The translations under genes and the position numbers were made by a program. Below are positions 34,454-45,184 of a DNA stretch of 64,000 nt, piece after piece. The stretch lies in contig OZ251243.1 in NCBI GenBank assembly GCA_965240325.2, positions 620,001-684,000 of the forward strand, read 5' to 3'. Under the pieces are notes generated by a model. It saw nothing but the letters and a program-made list of their open reading frames with translations, was not told the DNA's origin and did no database searches. Within the stretch, counting starts at the first letter, position 1. Every line of letters begins with the position of its first letter. Origin of the DNA: Rebecca billardiae RCC1528 (taxonomy: Eukaryota; Protista; Haptophyta).

Positions 34454-34486
<33 letters not shown>

Positions 34487-36364
34487 GATGTCCGCCTTCT
34501 GCAGCATCGCGCGCGCGAGCGCGAGCTTCATGCGCCACCCGCCCGACAGCGTGGACACCGCGTCGTGCGGCTTGGCCGCGGAGTTCTCGTGGAAGCCGAC
34601 CGCGTTCAGCTGCGCCACCACCTGCTCCTCCGTGATGTTGTACGCCTTGATGTTGGGGTCGTCCATCACGTACTCGGCGCACGACATGTGCGACTTCTCG
34701 CCCATGATGTCCGCCTCGACGAACACGGTGCGCACCTCCGACGGCGGCGGGAAGCCCTCCACCTTCCCCTCGGCGATCGAGCGCATCAGCGTCGTCTTGC
34801 CGCAGTCGTTCTTGCCGAGCAGGCCGTACCGGAAGCCGCGCTTGAGCTTCATCTCCGTGTTGAAGAGGAGGATCTTGGTGCCGTATGCGAGGGTGAACTT
34901 GCAGTCGCAGAGCTGCTCCGCGTCGTCCTCCTCGTCCACCGGCGCGTCGTTCACGCCCGCGTCCTGCTTGCACGCCTCGAAGATCTTGGCGGTCGCCGCC
35001 TTGGCGCCGGCGGCGTCGAGCGCGGCGCCAGCCTCCAGGTAGGGCACGACAGCGTCCTCCCACTCGTCCGCGTCGAAGCAGCGCGAGTCGACGAGCGCGC
35101 AGCACATCGTCTTGACGTAGTCCGCGACGACCTCGTCGGTCATCCCCGACGCCGCGCCCTTGATGTGCGCGCGCACCTTCTCCGGCTCCGCCTTGCGCAG
35201 CGGCCGCTCCTCGCCCTTCTTCTTGATGCGCATCATCTGCTCGAGCGCGTCCTCGCACACGCCGCGCGCCTCGGGGTCGGCCACCTCCTGCGAGGCCTTC
35301 TCGAGGAGCGGCAGGATCTGCGGCATGAAGACGAGCGCCTGCGCGAGCCGAGGGCGGTGCGCGGCGCGGGCGGATGCGGCGCGGGCGGTCAGCACGACGC
35401 CCCGCTCCGCGCTAAACACGCCGCGGCCGCCGCGCGCATGGCCGCGGCCGCGCGGTCCCGCGCCGCGCCGAGGTGTGCGAGGCATCGCCCGCCAGCGCGC
35501 GGGCGCGGCGCGCGCGCGCGAGGGCGTACGCACGGCGCGCACCTCGGCCGGCTCCTCCACGAGCTTCGACATGTTCGCCACGATCTTGGAGCACATGCGC
35601 GAGAGCGCGTCCTTCCGCTCCTGGAAGCCGCGCTTGAGCAGCGGCGTCACGGCGGCGAGCGCGGCGGAGGTGACGATCTGGACGAAGACGATGCCGGCGT
35701 ACTTGTGGATGGTCTCCTCCGTCTTGGCCGGGTCCATCATGTTCACGATCAGGTCGTCGAGCACGTTCTCAATGTCCTTGTTCTGCACGGTGTCGAGCAG
35801 CTTGCGCATCGTGATCTTGGCCTGGTCCTTGACCTGCGCCTTCAGGTCGGTGAGGCACGAGGCCATCAGGGGCATGAGGTCGGTGAGCAGCGGGGCCATC
35901 TGCGCGGGGGCCTTGTCGGCGAGCTCGCCCACGAGCATGTTCGCGCCGACCACCGTCTGCCACTTCTTCGCCACGTCCATGTTCTCAATGCAGACGGGCA
36001 CGAGGATCTTGACGGCCGAGCCGTTCGCCATCTCGGCGAACGCCTTGACCGCCTCCTCCGCGCAGACCTGCACGCCCTTGACCTTGTCGGAGAGGCCGTT
36101 GAGCACCTCGCCGAGCAGGCCCACCAGGTGCGCCTCGGTCACCGGCGTGCTGTGCTTGCACAGCGCCGAGGTCGCGATGAGGCCAGCCTCGCGCAGCGGC
36201 CCGTCCTTCTTGCCGGACGCACCGATCGCGGCCTTGATGTCAGCGATGAGCGACGAGCCCTTCAGGCCGTCCTTCTTCGCCTGCGCCGCAAGCGCCTCCG
36301 CAGCCGCCTTGCGCGCGTCGCCTTCGCCCTCAGTCACCTTCTTGAACGCGTCGCTGAGCGACAT
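32393..36364 (-). CDS. EF3: Translation elongation factor 3 (eEF3, ABCF family), ~1054 aa; exons 36364-35543, 35338-34060, 33911-33733, 33439-33020, 32857-32393
   Basis: HEAT region; ABC1 YGLLGKNDCGKTTLMR / LSGGWRMKLALARA / LLDEPTNHLD; ABC2 ILGPNGAGKST with chromodomain-like insert (KEYEYQLKWSG) / LSGGQKVKVV / LDEPTNYLD; Lys-rich tail. Four GT-AG introns in phase. Confidence 0.95.
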
Positions 36365-36656
36365 GGCCCCAACCTCCTGCTGCCTCTACGTGGCCTGCCG
36401 GCTGCTGCGGATTCTTCGTCGATTCCGATTGGGGTGGCCGTCGCGTCGAGTCCGGCTTTGACCACGTGCCGCGGTGCCGTTGACGCCTTGACGGCGCGCG
36501 CAAGCTGAAAGCGCGCACGCGCAAAACGGTGAGTCGATTCTTCGATCAAAGTCCGGCCGGCCGGATTGGGGAACGACGGTTGCGATTTGAGATTGCGGGT
36601 CCGGTCTTTGCAGGCGGCGTGCGTTTGCAAGACAGTGTGCTGGTGGACGTTTCACG

Positions 36657-39600
36657 ATGGCGGTGTGCGCCCCCAAGCGAGCCCGCGTGCGCGCTGGGCG
36701 CACGCCCTCACGCGCGCGTACCCCCGCGCCGCCGCAACAGGACGGTGGCGAGAAGTCCGCAGACGATGTGGGCTTCGAATCTAACGCGTTCGAGTCGCTC
36801 GAGCGCGACTTCCAGGAGGTGCGCGCGCCCGCGCGCTCGCTCGCTCGCTCCCTCGCTCGAGCGAGGCGGCGGTGGGGCGCCTCGGCTGACGGCGGCCGGC
36901 ACGCGGCTCGGCGCCGGCGCCGGGCGCCGCGCGCGTGCAGGTGCTGACCGAGCTCGTCGGCGACAAGAGCCTCGAGCGCTTCCGCCTCGAGTATGAGAAG
37001 CTCCACCGCGCGCTCAAGAAGTCGCACGAGTCAGAGAAGCGGCTGATCAAGAAGTGCCGTGAGCTCAACGCCGAGATCGTGTCGAACGCGACGAAGGTTC
37101 AGACGGCGCTGAAGCTGTCGCAGGAGGACCAGAACACGATCGCGCAGCTCAAGCGCGAGATCGAGAAGGCCTGGAAGATGGTCGACGCCTCGCACGAGAA
37201 GGAGGCGCGCGCCAAGGAGACGATCCAACAGCTCAAGGTCGAGATCCAGAACCTGAGCCGGCTGGTCGAGCAGGGCGCGGGGCTGAGCATGGGGCAGGAG
37301 ACGGCGGTGAACGAGCTGCTCCGGGCGAAGGAGGAGCTCACCGCCGAGCGCGACGCGCAGACCGCGCGCGTCTCCGAGATGCGCGTCGAGATCTCCGAGC
37401 TGCTCGACCGCATGAAGCGTATGGATGCGGACAAGATGGCCGCCGACCGCGAGCAGCAGACGCTCAAGGAGATGATCGCGACGAAGCGCGCGGAGGCGGA
37501 GCGCGAGTCGCGGCGGCGGGAGCGGCTGGACAAGGAGATCAAGGACGTGCGCTACCTGATCGAGGTGCGCACGCAGGAGCTCCGCGCCAAGGACGAGCAG
37601 CACGGCCGGCTCTCGGAGAAGCACACGATGCTCGAGTCGCAGCTCAAGCTGCAGCGCAAGGCGACCGAGACCAACGTGCGCGACGTCGAGGCGGCGAAGG
37701 TGCGCCAGGCGAAGGTGGGGCAGGAGATCGAGGAGCAGCTCGTGCAGATCGCCGCGCTGCGCGCGGAGAACATCCGGCAGCAGGAGGAGCTCAAGCGCCG
37801 CGAGATCGAGTCCGACGCCGCGCGCAACGACATCCAGCGCAAGACCAAGGAGCGCGACGCGGCGCTCAAGCGGCTCAAGGCGGTGGACGAGTCCAAGGTG
37901 GAGGCGCAGCGCGGCCGCGACGCGCTCAAGTCGGCGATCCACTCGCTCGAGCGCGAGGTGGCGGCCGAGGTGCTCGAGCACGAGCAGGACAAGAAGGCCG
38001 CGTCCGAGCTCGAGCGCGAGAAGGAGCGGCTCGAGTCGGCGCTCTCCAAGGCACACTCGGCCACCTCCAAGCAGGTCGACCTCGTCAAGCTGAACGAGCA
38101 CATGATCTCCGAGCTCGAGCGCGAGATCGTCGCGTACAAGGGGGAGGCGCTGAAGCAGAAGAAGGTGCACTACTCGCTCGAGCAGGAGCGGGAGAAGCTC
38201 GCGGACGAGGTCTCCGAGGCCTCCGCCAAGTTTGGCCGGCTGGTCGAGGAGACCAAGATGCGCGAGATGGCGGTGCTCGACCTTCAGAAGAAGATCACGG
38301 AGTCGGAGGCCAAGCTCAAGGCGCAGCAGAAGCGGTACGAGGCGGTGCGCAGTGACCGCAACCTGTACTCGAAGAACCTGATCGAGGCGCAGGACGAGAT
38401 GGCCGAGATGAAGCGCAAGTTCAAGATCATGAACCACCAGATCGAGCAGCTCAAGGAGGAAATCCACTCCAAGGTGCACCGCGCGCGCTGCACCGCGCGC
38501 GCGCCGCGCGCGCGCCGGGAGGGCGGCGCGCACGCGAGAGCGGCGGGCTGTCGGGCGGGCGGGTGCCGAGCGGCAGCTGGGACCGCGCTGACGTGCCTTG
38601 GTCGCCCCGCCGCTGCCGCCGCCGCCACTCGCGTGCGCCCGCGCGCACCGCCGCGTGCCGCCGCGCCCGCGGCTCGCGCGCCGCGCAGGAGGCCTCGTTT
38701 GTCAAGGAGCACTTCGAGCACGCCAAGGTGGAGAAGGAGCGAGAGGGGTACAAGGGCGAGCTCGAGCGCATCAAGAAGGCGATCAGCGCCGCCGACGTCG
38801 CGATCGGCAACTACAAGAAGGAGGTGTCGAGCTTCAACCACATCATCAACGACGCGGACGCGTCACGGCTCCGACAGAAGCGCGAGTATGACGAGGCGAT
38901 CACGCAGCGCGACATCCTCGGCACGCAGCTCATCCGGCGGAACGACGAGCTGGCGCTGCTGTACGAGAAGCTGCGCATCCAGCAGAGCACGCTCTCTCAC
39001 GGCGAGAAGCTGTACGCGCAGCGCGTCGAGGACACGCACGTGCTCAAGCTCGCCATCAACAACATGACGCGCGAGGTGCGCGCTGCGCCGCGCCGCGCCG
39101 CGCCGTGCCGCGCCGCGCCGCGCCGCGCCGTGCCGCGCTGCGCCGCACGGCGAGGTGTGTGCGTGGCGCGCGCGCGTGCTGAATCCACGGGCCCGCTCGC
39201 TCGCCCCTCGCGCGTGGTGCGCGCAGCTGCACATCGCGAAGCGGATGGGCAGCTCGCTCGACCAGATGCGGGAGCAGGTGTACTCGCTGCAGCGCGAGCT
39301 TCTGCAGGAGCGGGTGAAGGTGAAGGCCCTCTCGGAGGAGCTGGAGAACCCGCAGAACCAGCACCGCTGGCGACGGCTGGCGGGCGCCGACCCATCGCCG
39401 TACGAGATGGTGCAGAAGATCCAGTCGCTGCAGAAGCGGCTGATCTCGAAGACGGAGGAGGCGCGCGCATGCGCGAGCCGCGCGCTGTGACGCCGCGTCA
39501 CGCGCGCCGCGCCCCGGCATCGGCGCGCGCGCCCCCGCCTGACACCGCGCCGCCGGCCGCCCGTGCGCGCCACGCTGTGCCGCCCGCCCGCTTTGCGCGC

Positions 39601-39961
39601 GCGCCGTGCGCACCAGGTGGTGGAGAAGGACATGCTCGTGCAGGAGAAGGAGAAGCTGTACGCCGAGCTCAAGTCGATCTTGTCGAGGCAGCCGGGCCCC
39701 GAGGTCGCCGAGCAGCTCTCGATCCAGCAGCAGAGCCTGCGCGAGCGCACGCACAAGATGATGGCGATGGCCTCTGAGCTCAACATGTACCAGTCCAAAG
39801 TGGCCGAGTGCAAGTTTGCGATGGAGAAGCACACGCGCGAGCTGCAGGAGGCGAAGCGCAAGTACTACGAGCAGCGGAGGCGAGAGACGCTGCAGAAGGA
39901 GCGCGAGAGGCAAGGGCTGGCGGCAGGCACGGGCGCCGACTCGCTCGCGATGCCCAGCTAG
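36657..39961 (+). CDS. CFAP58: Cilia- and flagella-associated protein 58, ~860 aa; exons 36657-36662, 36741-36818, 36941-38473, 38689-39075, 39227-39460, 39617-39961
   Basis: FESLERDFQEVL..L.GDKSLERFRLEYEKLHRALKKSHESEKRL; YEAVRSDRNLYSKNLIEAQDE; RDILGTQLIRRNDELALLYEK; ELENPQNQHRWRRL; RQPGPEVAEQL. Last intron is GC-AG. The 6-nt first exon is less certain. Confidence 0.95.
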
Positions 39962-40165
39962 CTGTCATAGTGCGGCTTAGTGAATAATGGGCCGATGATA
40001 AGCTACTGACAGTCGGTCGACACACGCGCACCGAGTCACAGTGATGACAGACGACAGGACTTCACTACGACGTCTACTGACAGTAGCGCTCACGGAAAGT
40101 GTACGACCGCCCACCGCGCGGTTCGGCCGGACATGTCAGACAGTCATCAGTTGATCAGCCCGTCA

Positions 40166-40796
40166 GGCCGTCCGGCTCCGGTCGTCGACCGCGGTGTCCG
40201 GACTCCGGTCCGGACCCCCCGCGGCCCCCGCCCCCCCAGCTCCGTGACGTCTTGGCCCCGAGGCCGACGAGCCGAAGTCAACCAAGCGGACGACCAGGAT
40301 GCATGCAGCAGAGTCCCTTCCGACTGACCCCGAATCTTCATTATCTTGCGGATTGATGAAGCCTTCAACGAGAAATTATGGCGCATATATCATCCTGGGA
40401 CCACCTCCCTGAATGTGATACTCATCAATAGCAGGTTCAGACTCTATTTTTACTAAGTAATTACCCGTCCCCTAGCTACTCAGATTTCAGCACAGCCCGC
40501 GGGAGCGTTCCGGACACCTGTACTACATACGCGAAAATTTCACCCGGACTGCGTAATATTTAGTTATAGAAAATAGTATGTGAACCTATTGGAGGTGTGG
40601 CTGACACAATGATCCCGATATATATGGCCGTAATTAATATCGTCCAAGTCCAAGGGACCGTCTGGGGCGGTGGTCTATGAGCCATTATTGTAGATCATCA
40701 GAGGCGGCGATCCCGCCGATTGCAGTCAGTGTCAAGAAGTGTAACGCTCCAGTGACCGGACTGCCCGACTGGGGGGGGTGGACCGAAGCCGGAGCC
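40166..40796. mobile_element. Degenerate short relative (inverted orientation) of the 48648-51151 TIR element
   Basis: Right end GGACCGAAGCCGGAGCC resembles that element's TIR. 40433-40587 aligns to the reverse complement of 48831-48975. Left boundary uncertain. Confidence 0.55.
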
Positions 40797-41268
40797 TGAT
40801 GCCGTGGTAGTGTCGATCTACAGTGCCGCCTCACGGCCGGGACGTTGGCGGCCGGGAGGCGTACCGCGCCGCGCCCCGCGCGGGCGTGGTCCCGGGTGGC
40901 GGGTCCGTCCGCGGTACTGCGGGACAGCGGGTACTGAGTCCGTACTGTAACTGGGTCCGGGCGCCCGCGCCCGCGGACCGCGCCGGGTTCAATTATATAT
41001 ATATATATATATATAATTGTGTCTCATGTCGGCTCAGTCACGGTCATCCCGATTGAGTTTGCTGAGTCACTGTCATCGGAGTTCGCCCGCCCGAGTTCGG
41101 ATTCATCCGTCGGCGTCATCGCCATGATAATTCGCCATCGACATCGGCGCATCGCCATGACGACCATCCGCCCGGGGACTGAGCCTACTGGTGCAGCAGA
41201 TTCCGTGGACAACTTCCGTGGTCATTTCTGCCTTCTGCCTCTCAGCCTCAGGTGGGCGGCGGCGCGGG

Positions 41269-41271
<3 letters not shown>

Positions 41272-41363
<92 letters not shown>
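41272..41363. repeat. (TA)n microsatellite, ~46 units
   Basis: Seen directly. Confidence 0.95.
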
Positions 41364-41365
<2 letters not shown>

Positions 41366-41371
41366 ATTATA

Positions 41372-43322
41372 CCAGGTCGTTCCCCGTGCACTGGGAATCC
41401 GCGGTTTCGCCCTATTCAGAGCGCGAGGCCGCGGCATAGCAACGCAGATTTAGTCTTCCGCTTCGTCTATCAGACCACTTGAACGATCTAATCGAGCTTT
41501 CCAATTGAAAATGACGAAACCAGATCCATCCATTGGAGAAGCCAAATCCCGAGCGCGGCAAAGCCGTGGAACGCAGTAATCAGCCTCGTCAGCGATAGTC
41601 CGCTCACGAAATCGATGCGCTGGAAATGAGTCCTTCGTGTGCAACCTGGAGGCGGGAGCCCTCCGCCGCGGGTGCGGAGCACCGATTCTGACCCGCCCCC
41701 TGCGGCTGCGGCCGGGCACGAGTGCGATGCCGCTGGCCCCGGCTGGGGGGCGCGCCCGGGCCAGGGCACTGCGGGCGCGGATGTGCTCGCGGAGCCGGCG
41801 TGCGTGGACGGGCTGTTGCGGGAGAGTATCTGCCGCCCTCCTGCGCCGTGCGACTTGCGCCACGCCTCTTTCGCCTCGGCTCAGGGCAGCGCACACGCGC
41901 GCGCCGCCTCCGAAGGCCAGCCTTGCCTGCGCCGCAGCCGGTCGCGCGCGCGCCGTGCGCGGCGTGGTCGGGAAGGAACGGGGGGTGCTGCCGGGCGAGA
42001 TGGCGACATCATGTGCGCACGCCATGCCGCCGCGCCACGCCTTGCCGAGCGTGTCGCCGGTCCGTTTGCACGCCTCTTCCAGTTGTCACAAATGGTGTCA
42101 GGTGTGCCGCACGGCCTCGCGGTCGTGACCGCTGGGGGGCGCGCCCGGGCCAGGGCGCTGCGGGCGCGGATGTGCTTGCGGAGCCGGCGTGCGTGGACGG
42201 GCTGTTGCGGGAGAGTATCTGCCGCCCTCCTGCGCCGCGCGACTTGCGCCACGCCTCTTTCGCCTCGGCTCAGGGCAGCGCGCACGCGCGCGCGCCGCCT
42301 CAAGGCCAGCCTTGCCTGCGCTGCAGCCGACCCGGCGCGCGCGCCGTGCGCGGCGTGGTCGGGAAGGAACGGGCGCGGCTGCCGGGCGAGATGGCGATAT
42401 CATGTGCGCACGCCATGCCGCCCCGCCACGCCTTGCCGAGCGTGTCGCCGGTCCGTTTGCACGCCTCTTCGAGTTGTCACAAATGGTGTGCACGCGGCCT
42501 CGCGGTCGTGACCGCCTTGTCGGGACGATCATTGAGACACAGAACAGTGCCAGACGGGCACGCGGGAAACTCTTACATGAATGTTCATCACTGCGTGGTC
42601 ATGTAGAAGTGCTGGGTGCGACGCTTTCCTCGCGCGGATGCACTTTCATCATCTTCTTCGAGCTCAGGTCTGGCTTCAGGCACGACAAGAAAGCAGCACT
42701 CGTCAACAGCTGTGCGGATCCGTTATCGTGCCCTTTCGCGGCGCCGCGGGGCGGCATGGCGTGCGCACATGATGTCGTCATCTCGCCCGGCAGCACCCCC
42801 CGTTCCTTCCCGACCACGCCGCGCACGGCGCGCGCGCGGTTGGCTGCGGCGCGGCAGTGCTCGGGCCTCGAGGCGGCGCGCGCGTGCGCGCTGCCCTGAG
42901 CCGCGGCGAAAAGAGGCGTGGCGCGAGACGCGCGGCGCAGGAGGGCGCCAGATACTCTCCCGCGACAGCCTGTCCACGCAAGCCGGCTCCGCGAGCACAT
43001 CCGCGCCCGCAGCGCCGTGCGGCGTGCCCCGGGCGCGCCCCGCCAACGGCGCTCGGCCGCCTTGCCGCTGCCCGCCTGCCGCCGAGGGCAAAAGGTCAAG
43101 ATTTGGTCGGCCCTCGCCTGCCGGGCCGCCACCGGGGGCTCCGCCCTGCCTTCTATCTCGTTGCGGCTCAATTTTGGGATTGCGAGACCAGCTCATCGAT
43201 TGACGCACATCCGCACCCGCGAGACCTGAAAATCTTATTCGCGGGTAGCGACGGGTGCGTCCTGCGGCTGTTTTTCTCGTATGTCCAAACCGCGGATTCC
43301 CAGTGCAGGGGGAACGACCTGG
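41372..43322. mobile_element. Non-autonomous TIR element (1951 bp, TA TSD) with internal tandem and inverted ~390-bp units
   Basis: 36-bp TIR CCAGGTCGTTCCCC(G/C)TGCACTGGGAATCCGCGGTTT with 1 mismatch (41372-41407 / 43287-43322), TA on both sides. Units at 41742-42130 and 42131-~42513 (direct) and ~42745-43042 (inverted). Confidence 0.9.
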
Positions 43323-43657
43323 TATATAACTATACTAAGGAGTAAGGTGAGTAAGGAACTTCAACTCGGGTCTCGGGGCGGCTCAGTCGGGTACGTCTCA
43401 CAGTATCACTCTCAGTCACTGTCACTGCGGAGCCCTTGGCGGGCCTTGCCACTGCCAGTGGTCCTCAGTGAGCCCGCTGGCTGACGCTGCCGGCCCCGCC
43501 GCGGCCCGGCTCAGGCGGCTGGCGGCCCGAATGGCGAATCGATCATTTCGTCCGGGGAACGGGACTGGCTCCACGTACCCTACTCGCGTGGCCGCCACCA
43601 GCGATTCAAAGCGGCGCCCCGAAGCTCGCCCAACGCGTCTGCTCACAGCCGGCTGAC

Positions 43658-44794
43658 TCAGGAGGCGGCCACCTCTGGCGCCGTCGGCTCCGGCTGCATC
43701 GCGCCCGCATCCGCCTCGCCCTCGGCGTCGGCGGGCGCGACGAAGTCGTCCTCTGTCTGATAGAGGATGGCGAGCACGCTTTGCAAAAAGGGCAGCGACT
43801 GGTCCTCGTGCGTCTGGCACAGGATCTCGATATCCCGCAATTTGCCGAAGTAGAAGTCGCGCTCCTGCGCACAGCGGGCAGGCGGGCGCGTGCCGACCGC
43901 CAGAGGTGAGCTGGGCCGCATGCCGCGTATGGGCTGCGCCCGGCAGCGCCTCGCGCCGTGCTCACGCTCCCCAGCTCACCCGCATTCGCAGCATGCCCCT
44001 CTACGATTCCCCTTTGCGACTCCGCGCCCCGAAGCGCGCCCCCACGCGCGCCGCCGAGCGCGCGTCGCGTTGCGCGTGCCTTCTCAAGACCGTCAACTGT
44101 CAGCTTGAGGTCTGTGACCTCGAGCTGCAGGGACTGCACCTTGGAGCTGCTCTCGGCCTGGGCGGGCTTGGTGGGCGCGGCCCCGGCAGGCATACCCTTC
44201 GACGGGTGCACGTTCTCCTTCTTCGCCACCGCCGGCGCGCGTCGCTGCGCCGCGCCCAGCTGCTTGGCGGCGGCGGCGCCGCCACCATCGCCGCCCCCGC
44301 CGACCTTGACGCCGGCCTGCTTCATCCGCTCCTCCGCGTTGTACTCGGGCACGCCCGCGCCGACCTGCGTGTCATGCAGGATCTTCATCCACTGGATGAA
44401 CTCGAGGTTCATCTGGAAGTTGCGCTTGCACAGCTTCTCCACCTCGATGTGCCTGCGCGGACGGCGTGACGCGCCGCGCGCCGCGGTCAGCACGTTGCGT
44501 GGCCGCATTGCCGCGCGCCTCAGCGCACGCGCACCGGTCGAGCTTGTTCTTCACGAAAGCCGCCTGCAAGATCTTGTAGTTGTGCACGAACTCGTGCTCC
44601 TGCTTCGCGTTGAACTTCACCTTGGACAGCTGCACGGTGCCCGGGTAGATCGAGTCGATGATCTGGCAGTACACGGCGCCCGTGCACAGATCCTCGACGC
44701 GCTGGAGGCTGGGCTGGTACTTGGACTGGATCCACGCGACGATCTCCTTCCGCCCCGTGAAGTACGCCTCGTTCATCATGCCAACCGTCGCCAT
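43658..44794 (-). CDS. EB1: Microtubule plus-end binding protein EB1 (MAPRE family), ~279 aa; exons 44794-44535, 44452-44080, 43864-43658
   Basis: CH domain VGMMNEAYFTGRKEIVAW...LCTGAVYCQIID...NYKILQAAF...NLEFIQW and EBH domain LEKERDFYFGKLRDIEILCQ. Second intron is GC-AG. Confidence 0.95.
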
Positions 44795-45184
44795 GGTCTC
44801 GCGGTCGTGCCTCGCGCGCCCCGCGCACGCCCTCTGGCCGGTTAGCGGCAGGCAGGCAGCCGCGCTGCGCTGCTGTCAACTCCCGGAAGAGTTCGAACGC
44901 TGCTCGGCCCGCCGGCCCGGACTGCATTTAGAGTTTATTTGAACGCTGCACCGGACTCGACGGGTCGGGCGCTTTCTCATTCTGAACGCAGGCACCGTGA
45001 CTCGGGAGCACCGGTCACTCGGTACTCTGTCTCAGACGGTAGTCCGTAGCCGCGGGTGACCACTGTGCAGTGCGCCGGCACGTACTCCGTAGTACTAGCT
45101 GCGGCGGGCCGAGTAACTAGTGAGTCGATCGGCCTCACGACAGCTCACACTGCTACTGCTCCGAAGGAGTGTCCTTGGACTTGG

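Noticed and set aside
32939-36508. 1189-aa + strand ORF antisense to eEF3 (likewise 53582-57556 and 51674-53371 against Copia, 27324-29450 against the transposase, 37031-38533 against CFAP58)
   Set aside because: Shadow ORFs caused by extreme GC3 bias; no motifs, and some run through introns of the real gene.
41450-43345. Many overlapping ORFs inside the foldback element
   Set aside because: Products of a GC-rich repeated unit; no transposase motifs.
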